Source: Prochlorococcus sp. AG-347-L17 (GTDB lineage Bacteria > Cyanobacteriota > Cyanobacteriia > PCC-6307 > Cyanobiaceae). From it: a stretch of 64,000 nt of DNA. Position numbers and translations under genes: made by a program. The notes under the pieces are model-generated. The model ran no database searches and was not told where the DNA came from. It was given only the letters and a program-made list of their open reading frames with translations. Shown in pieces: positions 51,169 to 60,300 of this stretch (positions are counted from its first letter, which is position 1; each line of letters begins with the position of its first letter). The DNA lies in contig QCCN01000007.1 in NCBI GenBank assembly GCA_003278925.1, positions 19,742 to 83,741 on the forward strand. The letters are read 5' to 3'.

Positions 51169-53613
51169 ATGAAAGTTTCTCAAAATTGGTTAAAAAATTT
51201 AGTAGAAATTACTTCTACTCCTGATGATCTCTCTGAGAAATTGTCTATTGGAGGATTTGAGGTTGAATCATTAGAAGATTGTTCAAAAAATATAAATGGT
51301 GTTGTTCTAGGTAAGGTATTATCTGTTTTAAAACACGAAGGATCTGACAAACTTTCAATTTGCCAAGTCGATATTGGTAATTCAAAGAATTTACAAATTA
51401 TATGCGGTGCGCGCAATATTAAACCAAATATTTATGTTTATGTTGCTACTGTCGGAGCGAAATTAAATGCAGTTGATTTAACTATTAAAAGAAGTGAAAT
51501 TAGAGGTGTTATGAGTGAAGGAATGATATGTTCTCTGCAGGAACTGGGTTTAGAAGACTCTAGCGAAGGGATAGAGATCATTGATGAAGATTTGGCCCTA
51601 AAATATGAATTGGGCACTCCAGGGTCTGAATTGCTTCAATTAAATGATTTTATATATGATTTAGCCATTACAGCTAATAGACCTGATGGAATGTCTGTTA
51701 TAGGTATTGCCCGTGAAATTTCTGCCCTTTTAGAATCCACCTTAAATTTTCCAGAATTAAATCATAAATACAATATTCATTTACTTAAGGGAATTAAACT
51801 TTGTCCAGAGGCTATAGAATCTAATTGCATTTATACAATAAGCTGCATTGATGGAGTAAATGGAGAGAAATTATCGCCAAATTGGCTTAAAGACCGTGTA
51901 GAAAAATCAGGTATAAAATCTATTAATCTTCTAGTTGATTTGACAAATTATATTCTTTTAGAACAAGGTCAACCTTTGCATGCGTTTGATAAAGATAAAC
52001 TGTCCAACTTAATTGGTAAGGAAGTTTCTCCAAAAGATTTCTCTATAAGAAAAGGAAAGGATAAGGAAAGCCTTATTTGCTTAGATGGTAAAGAATATGA
52101 CTTAAATGACAATATCACAGTTATTACTTGTTGTGATAAACCTGTTGCTATTGCTGGGGTTATAGGCGGTTTAGAAACTTCTGTAAGTAATACCACCTCA
52201 TCTATTTACCTTGAAGGCGCTGTTTTTAATCCAGTTACTATAAGAAAATCCTCCAAGGCTGTTGGCATAAGAACAGAATCTAGCAGCAGGTATGAAAAAG
52301 GGATTTCATCAAAAAATACTATAAATGCAGTAACTAGGGCAATTAATCTTTTAGAAGAATATTTTTCTATTAATTCACCAATTATTAATACTTCAAATTT
52401 AATAAGTAATGAGGATATATTTATTAAACTACGGAGAAATCGAATACATAAAATTCTTGGTCCACTAATATTTAACGATCAACTTGAAAAAAGGAATTTA
52501 TCTGATAATGAAATAGTTGATAAATTAACGCTCATAGGTTGTACTTTAAAGGATAAAGAATATGGCTGGGATGTAACAGTAATTCCTAATAGATCACATG
52601 ATTTAACAAGAGAAATAGATTTAATTGAGGAAATAGCTAGATTAATAGGGTACGACAGATTCGACTTAAAACTTCCTAATCCAATTAAGCCTGGAAAATT
52701 GTCATCAGAACAGTTAGCATTAAGAAAAGTAAAAAATGGTTTTATAGAAAATGGTTTTAATGAGGTACTAAGCTACTCTCTTGTTCCTGAAGATGATGAA
52801 AAGCTTATAAAAATTTCTAATCCTTTGTTATTAGAAACAAGCTGTCTTAGAGATAATATCTGGAAAGAACATTTGGAGATAGTGAACCGCAACATAAAAG
52901 CTGGACAAGCAAGTTGTTATATATTTGAAATTGGAAATGTTTTTCAAAAGAAAACTGAGTTCATTCAAGAAGAAGTTCTGAGTGGTGCGATTTATGGAGA
53001 TAAAAAATTTGGAAAATGGATAAATTCGGGTAAGGATAACGATCTTAATTATTACCAGGCCAGAGGAAAATTAAAGGAGGCTTTATCATGTTTGAACATA
53101 AAAATTGATGACAAACCTACTGATTCGATTGATTTTCTTCACCCAGGCAGAACAGCGAAATTAGTTATTGAAGGGAAAGATGCAGGTTATTTTGGTGAAA
53201 TACATCCCAAACTAACATTAGAAAAGAAGTCATTAAAAAAAGTTTATTTATTTAAAGTAAATATTAATAATCTCTTGGCAGCTAGCACAAGAAAAAATAA
53301 ATGGATTCCAATATATAAGCAATACCCAATTGTTCCAAAAATGGAAAGGGATATAAATTTTGTTTTCAGTAAGAAATTTTTAATTAGCGAAATAACATCA
53401 CAAATAAGAAAAACAGGGAAGAATCTCTTAGAGGATGTAAATTTACTTGATGTTTTTGAAGATACTAAATTTGGAGATGATCATATAAGTTATACATTTA
53501 GATTATCTTATAGAGATAAAGATAAAACATTACTGGACTCGGACATTACATCGATACATTCAAATATCATTTCTAATGTTGAAAAATGTTTTAACACTAA
53601 ATTGAGGAATTAA
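51169..53613 (+). CDS. pheT: phenylalanine--tRNA ligase beta subunit
   Basis: GFEVE, IRGVMSEGMICS, ITANRPD, DLIEEIARLIGYD, FDX-ACB C-terminus. Confidence 0.98.
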   Translation: MKVSQNWLKNLVEITSTPDDLSEKLSIGGFEVESLEDCSKNINGVVLGKVLSVLKHEGSDKLSICQVDIGNSKNLQIICGARNIKPNIYVYVATVGAKLNAVDLTIKRSEIRGVMSEGMICSLQELGLEDSSEGIEIIDEDLALKYELGTPGSELLQLNDFIYDLAITANRPDGMSVIGIAREISALLESTLNFPELNHKYNIHLLKGIKLCPEAIESNCIYTISCIDGVNGEKLSPNWLKDRVEKSGIKSINLLVDLTNYILLEQGQPLHAFDKDKLSNLIGKEVSPKDFSIRKGKDKESLICLDGKEYDLNDNITVITCCDKPVAIAGVIGGLETSVSNTTSSIYLEGAVFNPVTIRKSSKAVGIRTESSSRYEKGISSKNTINAVTRAINLLEEYFSINSPIINTSNLISNEDIFIKLRRNRIHKILGPLIFNDQLEKRNLSDNEIVDKLTLIGCTLKDKEYGWDVTVIPNRSHDLTREIDLIEEIARLIGYDRFDLKLPNPIKPGKLSSEQLALRKVKNGFIENGFNEVLSYSLVPEDDEKLIKISNPLLLETSCLRDNIWKEHLEIVNRNIKAGQASCYIFEIGNVFQKKTEFIQEEVLSGAIYGDKKFGKWINSGKDNDLNYYQARGKLKEALSCLNIKIDDKPTDSIDFLHPGRTAKLVIEGKDAGYFGEIHPKLTLEKKSLKKVYLFKVNINNLLAASTRKNKWIPIYKQYPIVPKMERDINFVFSKKFLISEITSQIRKTGKNLLEDVNLLDVFEDTKFGDDHISYTFRLSYRDKDKTLLDSDITSIHSNIISNVEKCFNTKLRN

Positions 53614-53625
53614 CTGTATCGATAA

Positions 53626-53672
53626 TCTTATATAAGACTTTAAACTAGTCTATATATAATTCTTATATAAGA
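53626..53672 (+). repeat. 47-bp structured element, copy 1
   Basis: TCTTATATAAGA CT TTAAACT AGTCT ATATATAAT TCTTATATAAGA. Confidence 0.85.
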
Positions 53673-53706
53673 CAGATAATAATCCTACAAAAGTAATTAA
53701 TGTTGT

Positions 53707-53967
53707 ATGATAATGATCATGTTCAACCTGCTATCTCTACTTTTATCTTCAGTGCTGTGGGTACAAGTACCTCAGTGGTCAGATGATTGGTCAAAATGTG
53801 CTGTTGACATACCAGATGCATCCTGTCACTGGTATATAACTGCACCTGATAATACTTTTGGTGATGGATTTGATTGGGCTAGCGCTCCTTGGTTTGATGC
53901 TAACGGATTAAGTGATGTCCCTAGTATTGATAAACAAACTGCAATTGAAAAACTTCAATCTAAGTAG
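53707..53967 (+). CDS. small exported Trp/Asp/Cys-rich protein
   Basis: Hydrophobic N-terminus then VQVPQWSDDWSKCAVDIPDASCHWY...FDWASAPWFDANG; true start may be one of the later in-frame ATGs. Confidence 0.8.
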   Translation: MIMIMFNLLSLLLSSVLWVQVPQWSDDWSKCAVDIPDASCHWYITAPDNTFGDGFDWASAPWFDANGLSDVPSIDKQTAIEKLQSK

Positions 53968-53987
53968 TACTGTCTTTAAGGCAGTAC
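53967..53987 (+). terminator. hairpin immediately after the stop codon
   Basis: GTACTGTC-TTTAA-GGCAGTAC (one G-U pair); no strong U-tract. Confidence 0.5.
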
Positions 53988-54154
53988 GGGTAAACATAAA
54001 AACCCTTGATATCAAGACTTTTTAAGCGTTATTAATTTCTTGGACAATGAAAGGACATAATTTGTGGATTTATTATTCAATTTTAGATTTTTCCAAGGTA
54101 ATCAACAGTTTGGGTATGAATCATCCAAATTGATAAATTAATTTATCTTACATA

Positions 54155-54201
54155 TCTTTTTTAAGACTATATAATAGACTTAATATAAGTCTCATATAAG
54201 A
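54155..54201 (-). repeat. 47-bp structured element, copy 2 (inverted)
   Basis: Reverse complement TCTTATATGAGA CT TATATTA AGTCT ATTATATAG TCTTAAAAAAGA. Confidence 0.85.
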
Positions 54202-54329
54202 AGTGCTATACAACGAATTTTATTCTTTAAAGGTATATTCTATTTTTATTTCATTTATACATAATTATTGTTTCCATATATTTGAATAATAATAATTGAC
54301 AAAAATGAGAAATTTTAGATTTGCGGCTA

Positions 54330-54376
54330 TCTTACATGAGACTTTTAGTTAGACTTAAAATTAGTCTTATTTGAGA
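54330..54376 (-). repeat. 47-bp structured element, copy 3 (inverted)
   Basis: Reverse complement TCTCAAATAAGA CT AATTTTA AGTCT AACTAAAAG TCTCATGTAAGA. Confidence 0.85.
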
Positions 54377-54385
54377 ATTAAAATA

Positions 54386-55396
54386 CTATTTTCTATATAA
54401 ATTTTTTAGCAATTGATACGCTTCATTTAATTTTCTCATTTGATCTGTAGATCCTCCAGCATCTGGATGCGTCTCTAAGGCGATTGATTTATAGGCCTCC
54501 CTAATTTTACGGAAAGTATGAGCGGAACCTGCGGATGTTGATAAATTCAATAATTTAAGTGCTCCATGTACTGTCATTGTTGAGTCCAAAGTGTCAAATG
54601 AATTTGATCTATTATTTCGCTTAAATCTACTTATAAACCTTCTCATAAGTGTTGGTATTCTATTTATAAGGTCTGATGTAGCAAAAGGGTCTTCTAAAAC
54701 GCCAATCATTAATAAAACAATTTCAAGGGATGGATTTTTCTTTATCCAGAATGGGCATAATTCTGACATTAATTTATTGGCTGCACTCCACGTAAAGGGT
54801 AGATTTTCAGTTCCATCAAGATTTGGCCATATATCCATTTCAAACCAATCCATCGAAGCTTCTACTACATGATCATTAGGAACTGATCCATATAAGGTTT
54901 TCCAATGACTAATTAACTCAATTCGACATTTTATTAATTCAGTTTCTTTAATTGTATTAATTTGAATATCATAAATATTCTCCTTTAATTTTTCACTATT
55001 AATACTTCTTCTTAGATTCCTTACTTTTTTTTCAACAAAATTGGGAAGGCTTATATTTAAGTTGGCTTTTTCTTTAGATTGATTGTTATTTGTAAATCTT
55101 TTATTCAAAGATATCTCATTAACATTTTTTTTTACGTCTGATTTAATTAATACCAATGCAGTATCTTCATCAATATTTAAATTTTCTTTATTATTATTCT
55201 CGTTAAAGTCTATTTCTTGCTGTTGGTTCTTAGGTAGTAAATCATCTTCTTGAAGAAGTTCTTTAAGTATCTTTTCTATTACAGGTCCTCTTGCTCTAAA
55301 ACCCCACTCTTTTCGTAATTGATCAAACCTGGAAATTAGTTCCTCAGGTAAATCAATTGAAATTCTTTTTGTATTTGAATTTTCAGGAATATTCAA
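54386..55396 (-). CDS. RHH (CopG-like) + C-terminal J-domain fusion protein
   Basis: N-terminal KRISIDLPEELISRFDQLRKEWG; C-terminal REAYKSIALETHPDAGGSTDQMRKLNEAYQLL with intact HPD. Confidence 0.85.
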   Translation of the reverse strand: MNIPENSNTKRISIDLPEELISRFDQLRKEWGFRARGPVIEKILKELLQEDDLLPKNQQQEIDFNENNNKENLNIDEDTALVLIKSDVKKNVNEISLNKRFTNNNQSKEKANLNISLPNFVEKKVRNLRRSINSEKLKENIYDIQINTIKETELIKCRIELISHWKTLYGSVPNDHVVEASMDWFEMDIWPNLDGTENLPFTWSAANKLMSELCPFWIKKNPSLEIVLLMIGVLEDPFATSDLINRIPTLMRRFISRFKRNNRSNSFDTLDSTMTVHGALKLLNLSTSAGSAHTFRKIREAYKSIALETHPDAGGSTDQMRKLNEAYQLLKNLYRK

Positions 55397-55540
55397 TAAT
55401 ATTTTCTTGAATAGTATGGAAATTTATTTAATTTTATTCAAAAAAAATTGAAAGTCCATACAAAATATTGTTTTTAAATTAAAAACAATTTATTTTTATG
55501 TCACAAGTTAATTAAGTGTCTTTTTATAATAAAAACAAAA

Positions 55541-55720
55541 ATGTTTAATTGTTATTTCAAGTCATCTAAAGAAAAAAAGAGTTTTTATCAACATAAGAAA
55601 TTAGAAATGCTTAATTATATTAAGGATTCACTTGAACGTAAAATTGCCTCAGTAACAGCATCTATAGAAGTTCTAGAAAACCAAATAAGCAGGGATAAGG
55701 AAGTTGAAGTGACTAACTAG
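55541..55720 (+). CDS. 59-aa coiled-coil protein
   Basis: MFNCYFKSSKEKKSFYQHKKLEMLNYIKDSLERKIASVTASIEVLENQISRDKEVEVTN*; divergent from the RHH-J gene. Confidence 0.65.
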   Translation: MFNCYFKSSKEKKSFYQHKKLEMLNYIKDSLERKIASVTASIEVLENQISRDKEVEVTN

Positions 55721-55723
55721 TAT

Positions 55724-56554
55724 TCAAACAAAATTTTCTAGAAGTTTTTCAGGACCTAATTTCTTTAAATAATTAATATTTGAATTTTCAGTTACTAATA
55801 AGTATCCTGCAAATCCTAAACCGTTAATACTGAAGCCATGGATATGATCATTTTTTCTTTTAATAATAGCGATCCATTTATTAGTTATTAAAATATTGTA
55901 AGGATATATCGGTTTCTTATCATTAATAGGGTTCCCAAGTCCTAATTTCTTGCATAATTCCAAGTAAAATTCAAAAAGACATGATGGATTTTCTAAAAAA
56001 TTAAATTTGGATACAACAATATTTTTTTTAAGCTTACTATCTATATCTTGATATGAGTTCATCTCTAAAAACCACTTTTCTCTAGGGCATGATATCTCAC
56101 CTTTAGATCTACGCAGAAGTTGAAAATGCCTGTGAGGTTGACTCGCTCCCGCAATTGGAGAACTATTGAAAAACCATAATCCACTAGTATCTTTATTAAC
56201 TTGTTGGATCGCTCTCCAATCTTTAATATCTAACCATCCATTTTGAGGTTTCCATTCATTTGTAATAAGTAAAATATGACCTTTTTGTACAGGGTACTTA
56301 TTTAATATTAATTGATGATTATCACCAATTTTATCAATTTCTAGTATCTTATCCCAAGGACAAAATGGATTTTGCTTAGGACCATAAATTTTTTTTTTAT
56401 TAAATTTTGAAGTATCGAGTTTCCTAATTATGAAGTCGTCTTTTTCATATAAATCTCTTGTAATAATATCAGTTTTGAGAGGATATAATGAATCATCATC
56501 AATTGATAATTGAGTTTGTTCTAGTGCTTTTTTCCAATATATTTCTAAACTCAT
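55724..56554 (-). CDS. ATP adenylyltransferase (Ap4A phosphorylase-like)
   Basis: NPFCP, LNKYPV, FFNS...AGASQPHRHFQ, NGLGFAG. Confidence 0.88.
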   Translation of the reverse strand: MSLEIYWKKALEQTQLSIDDDSLYPLKTDIITRDLYEKDDFIIRKLDTSKFNKKKIYGPKQNPFCPWDKILEIDKIGDNHQLILNKYPVQKGHILLITNEWKPQNGWLDIKDWRAIQQVNKDTSGLWFFNSSPIAGASQPHRHFQLLRRSKGEISCPREKWFLEMNSYQDIDSKLKKNIVVSKFNFLENPSCLFEFYLELCKKLGLGNPINDKKPIYPYNILITNKWIAIIKRKNDHIHGFSINGLGFAGYLLVTENSNINYLKKLGPEKLLENFV

Positions 56555-56602
56555 TTAAAAAAATTTATCATTATCATTTTAAAAAAAAAAATAAACTTGT
56601 AA

Positions 56603-56986
56603 TTACTTTTTATTAAATTGATATTCTTTCAATTTTTCCAGAGGTACTGATTCTAAGACTACAATATTCGTTGATTCTAATATGACTTTTGGTGCAAGAC
56701 CGTCTAATAATGCTTGCTTCCACCTATCAAGACAAATACACCAATGATCACCATCCTTTAGTCCTGGGAAGGAATAAATAGGCATGGGAGTTATTAAATC
56801 ATTACCTTGTGATTTACTATATTTCAGGAAATTATCATCCATTACACAACATATGGAATGATTCCCTCCATCATTTTTGTCATAGTTGCAATATCCATCC
56901 CTGAACCACCCTGTCATAGGTTCGCAGCTACAAATCTCAATTTCTTCTCCAAGGACATTTAACTGATTTTGATTATTTATGGTCAT
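56603..56986 (-). CDS. DUF2237 family protein
   Basis: PMTGWFRDGYC, FPGLKDGDHWCIC..RW. Confidence 0.88.
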   Translation of the reverse strand: MTINNQNQLNVLGEEIEICSCEPMTGWFRDGYCNYDKNDGGNHSICCVMDDNFLKYSKSQGNDLITPMPIYSFPGLKDGDHWCICLDRWKQALLDGLAPKVILESTNIVVLESVPLEKLKEYQFNKK

Positions 56987-57084
56987 AGTTTTTTTAATAA
57001 TAATAAAACACCAACATTTCTTTAAAAAAGGTTGACGAGTATGGGGGGTAAGGAGGTAATAATTCTAATAAGGTTTTTTTCATT

Positions 57085-57303
57085 ATGGATTGGGACTTTA
57101 CTGAAAACATTGCATTTAAAGCTCTTTATGAAGCTTTTAAAGATAGTGATGAAACTTCCGCATTAGAATTTTTATCTAGTGATGGTGCTTCATATTATCT
57201 TGAGTTAACACAGGATGCCGCGGGTGAGGGACTTGATCTGGGTGATAATGAAACGATGGAAGAACTACAGGAAGAAATTATTGAATATTTAGAAAATAAC
57301 TAA
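57085..57303 (+). CDS. 72-aa highly acidic protein
   Basis: ORF track; 21 Asp/Glu versus 2 Lys and 0 Arg by manual count. Confidence 0.75.
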   Translation: MDWDFTENIAFKALYEAFKDSDETSALEFLSSDGASYYLELTQDAAGEGLDLGDNETMEELQEEIIEYLENN

Positions 57304-57312
57304 AAATTTAGC

Positions 57313-60300
57313 TTAAGCGCTGAAATATTTAGCTTTTGAGTGTAGTGAAATGATAGCTGTAGTACTTTGTTCTGGATGAAGTTGTTCAGATTCATCCATG
57401 GTCAAGTTTATTCTTTTGGCATCCAACAATGATAATTGTATGTTTGAATCAGATACTTTTGGACATGCAGGATAACCAAAAGAATATCTAGCTCCTCTAT
57501 ATTTTTGAGCTAGTATTTCTCTATTTTTGTCTGGTTCTTCAGACCTAAAACCACATTCAATACGAATTAATGCATGGACATACTCAGCTAGAGCTTCTGC
57601 TAATTGCACTGTAAGTCCATGGAATAACAAATAATCGCTATATTTATCTTCTTTAAATAATTTTTGAGAATATTCGCTAGCAATATCGCCCATGGTTACT
57701 GCCTGCATAGGAAATATATCTATCGGTTTATCATTTTTCATATCACAATAAAAATCAGCTATGCATAAATTATTCCCAGATTTTTGTCGTGGAAAACTAA
57801 ATTGGGAAATTTTATTTAATGATTTCTCATCAAATAAGAAAATACTATTATCTTTTCTCCCGCATCTGAAATATCCATAAACTGCTTTGGGTGATATAAG
57901 TTTTTTCTCTATAATTATCTCTAACCATTTATCTAACAATGGTTTAGCATATGAATCCAAATAATTATTGTATTCATCTACGCTTTGGTTTTTTCCTTTT
58001 TTTATTTGCCATTGCCCGCTAAATAAAGCTTTTGTATCTAAATAAAATATTAACTTATTTAAATCTATATCAACATCGTTCAAGACTTTCGTTCCCAAGA
58101 AAGGGGCTTGAATTGGATCTTCTTCATTTATAAATTTAGATCTTATAAAATTTTCTTTTAAATTTAATTTTGAATTTTTGGTATTTATGGATATAGATTT
58201 TTTAACAGCTTGTGAGTTTGATTTTGATGAGGCTAAATTAATATTTATACCTTCATTGTTAATGAAACCCTCTGTATTTGACCAATTACCCTTTTTCTTG
58301 TTATCCATATATTCATTCATAAATTTAAGATCAGTAAACGCATCTTTTCCGTACAATATTTTCCCTTTATATATTTTGCTGCAGTCCTCATTTACAAATT
58401 TTGGGGTTAAGGCTGCGCCTCCTAATATTACTGGTACACTAATATTTTCATTGTTAAAAGCCTCTAAATTATCTTTCATAAAAGCAGTTGATTTAACAAG
58501 TAATCCGCTCATAGCGATGCAATCTGCATTGTATTTTTTTTGTGCATCTATAATTGCTGAAACATCTTGCTTTATTCCTAGATTTATTACGTCATAACCA
58601 TTATTTGTAAGTATTATATCTACCAAATTTTTCCCAATATCATGTACATCGCCTTTGACAGTTGCAATTAAGAGTTTTCCATTTGATATGTTCTCATCTA
58701 CAGTTTCCATGTATGGTTCTAAAATTGAAACAGCAAATTTCATTGTTTCAGCGGATTGGAGTACAAATGGCAATTGCATTTGACCTGAGCCAAATAAATC
58801 TCCTACAACTTTCATCCCATCTAGTAAAAAGGTATTAATTATTTCAAGAGGTTTATATTTTTTTAACGCTTTAATTAATTGATCCTCTAATCCTATTTTT
58901 TCTCCATCTATAATATGATTTTTCAGACTTTCTTCAAGAGTTAGGTTTTTATTTTCTGAAGATGCTTTTTTGAAATCTTGAATAGATAAATCTTGAAAAG
59001 CCTTTGTTAATTCTACTAATGGATCATAAATACAAATATCATCTTCAAATTTTCTTTTATCATAAATCAAATCTAAGCAAAGCTTTTTTGTTTCTTCAGA
59101 AATTTTTGATAATGGCAAAATTTTATTTGGTGCGATGATAGCAGAATCTAATCCTGCTTTAATGCATTCATCTAAAAATATTGAATTTAGATTAATTCTT
59201 GATAATGGTGAAAGACCAAAACTAATGTTTGATATCCCAAGTATGATATGAATATCTGGAAAATTTTCACGAATTTTTAATATAGCACTAATAGTTTCTT
59301 TAGCGTTTAATCTATCTTCTTCTATCCCTGTAGATATTGGCAGAGCTAATGGATCAAAAAATAGCTCATAATCTGACAAACCACATTCTCTTGTTCTATT
59401 AATCGCTCGTTTGACAATCTTATATTTTTTTTCTGAATTCCTTGCCATTCCATCTTCATCAATTGTTCCGACAACAAGACCTGCACCATACCCTAAGGCT
59501 AAATTTAGAACTTGATCAAACCTTTCATTGCCATCTTCGTAATTGGTTGAATTTATAATACATTTTCCACCAGCTGACTTTAATCCACTTTCCATTTTGT
59601 CTGCATCTGTAGAGTCAATCATTAATGGTAAATTTATATTTGTAACTAGTCTTGAAGTTATTTCTTTCATATCTTTCACTCCGTCTCTGCCTACATAATC
59701 AACATTTACATCAAGAACGTGAGCATTTTCTTTTTGTTGTTGCTTTGCAATTGCAACTAAGCCATCCCAATCGTCGTTATTTAATAACTCCCTTACCTTT
59801 TTCGATCCACTTGCATTTAATCTTTCTCCTACTATCAATATTGAATTGTCTTGTTTATATGGCACAGAGTTATATATTGATGAGGCAGATGGAATAAAAC
59901 CACTTGAATTTTTCTTACCATTGTTGTGGATCCTTTCGATATCAATAATTTCATCGATTATTGAAGACAGGTTTTTTATATGTTCAGGTGTTGTCCCACA
60001 ACATCCACCTATTAATTGAACATTAAAGTCATATATAAAATTCATTAACTGCATCTTTAATTCTATTGGCTTTAATCTATAGTGAGCTACACCACCAATA
60101 TTTTCAGGAAGACCTGCATTGGGAATACAGCTTATAGCGAAGGGAGAATTTTCTGACAAATATTTAATATGATCCTTCATTTGCTCAGGACCAGTTGCAC
60201 AATTAAGTCCAAGGATATCTATATTAAATGGCTCTAATATTGTTAATGCAGAAGCAATATCAGATCCAACAAGCATAGTACCTGTTGTTTCCATTGTTAT

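Noticed and set aside
53635-53651. AGACT-N7-AGTCT as tyrosine-recombinase core sites for inversion
   Set aside because: The 7-nt spacers differ in all three copies (TTAAACT, TATATTA, AATTTTA), whereas strand exchange normally needs matching overlap regions; no recombinase is nearby. Kept only as a minor alternative.
53626-54376. 47-bp repeats as a CRISPR array
   Set aside because: Only three degenerate copies, mixed orientation, gaps of 482 and 128 nt, one containing a gene, and no cas genes in the window.
55499-55520. TGTCACA / AAGTGTC partial matches to the RHH box upstream of the RHH-J gene
   Set aside because: Only 7-bp half matches without the palindromic arms.
57030-57060. TTGACG and perfect AAGGAGGT in a G-rich patch
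   Set aside because: The SD-like sequence is 27 nt from the ATG and no properly spaced -10 is evident; not enough to call a feature.
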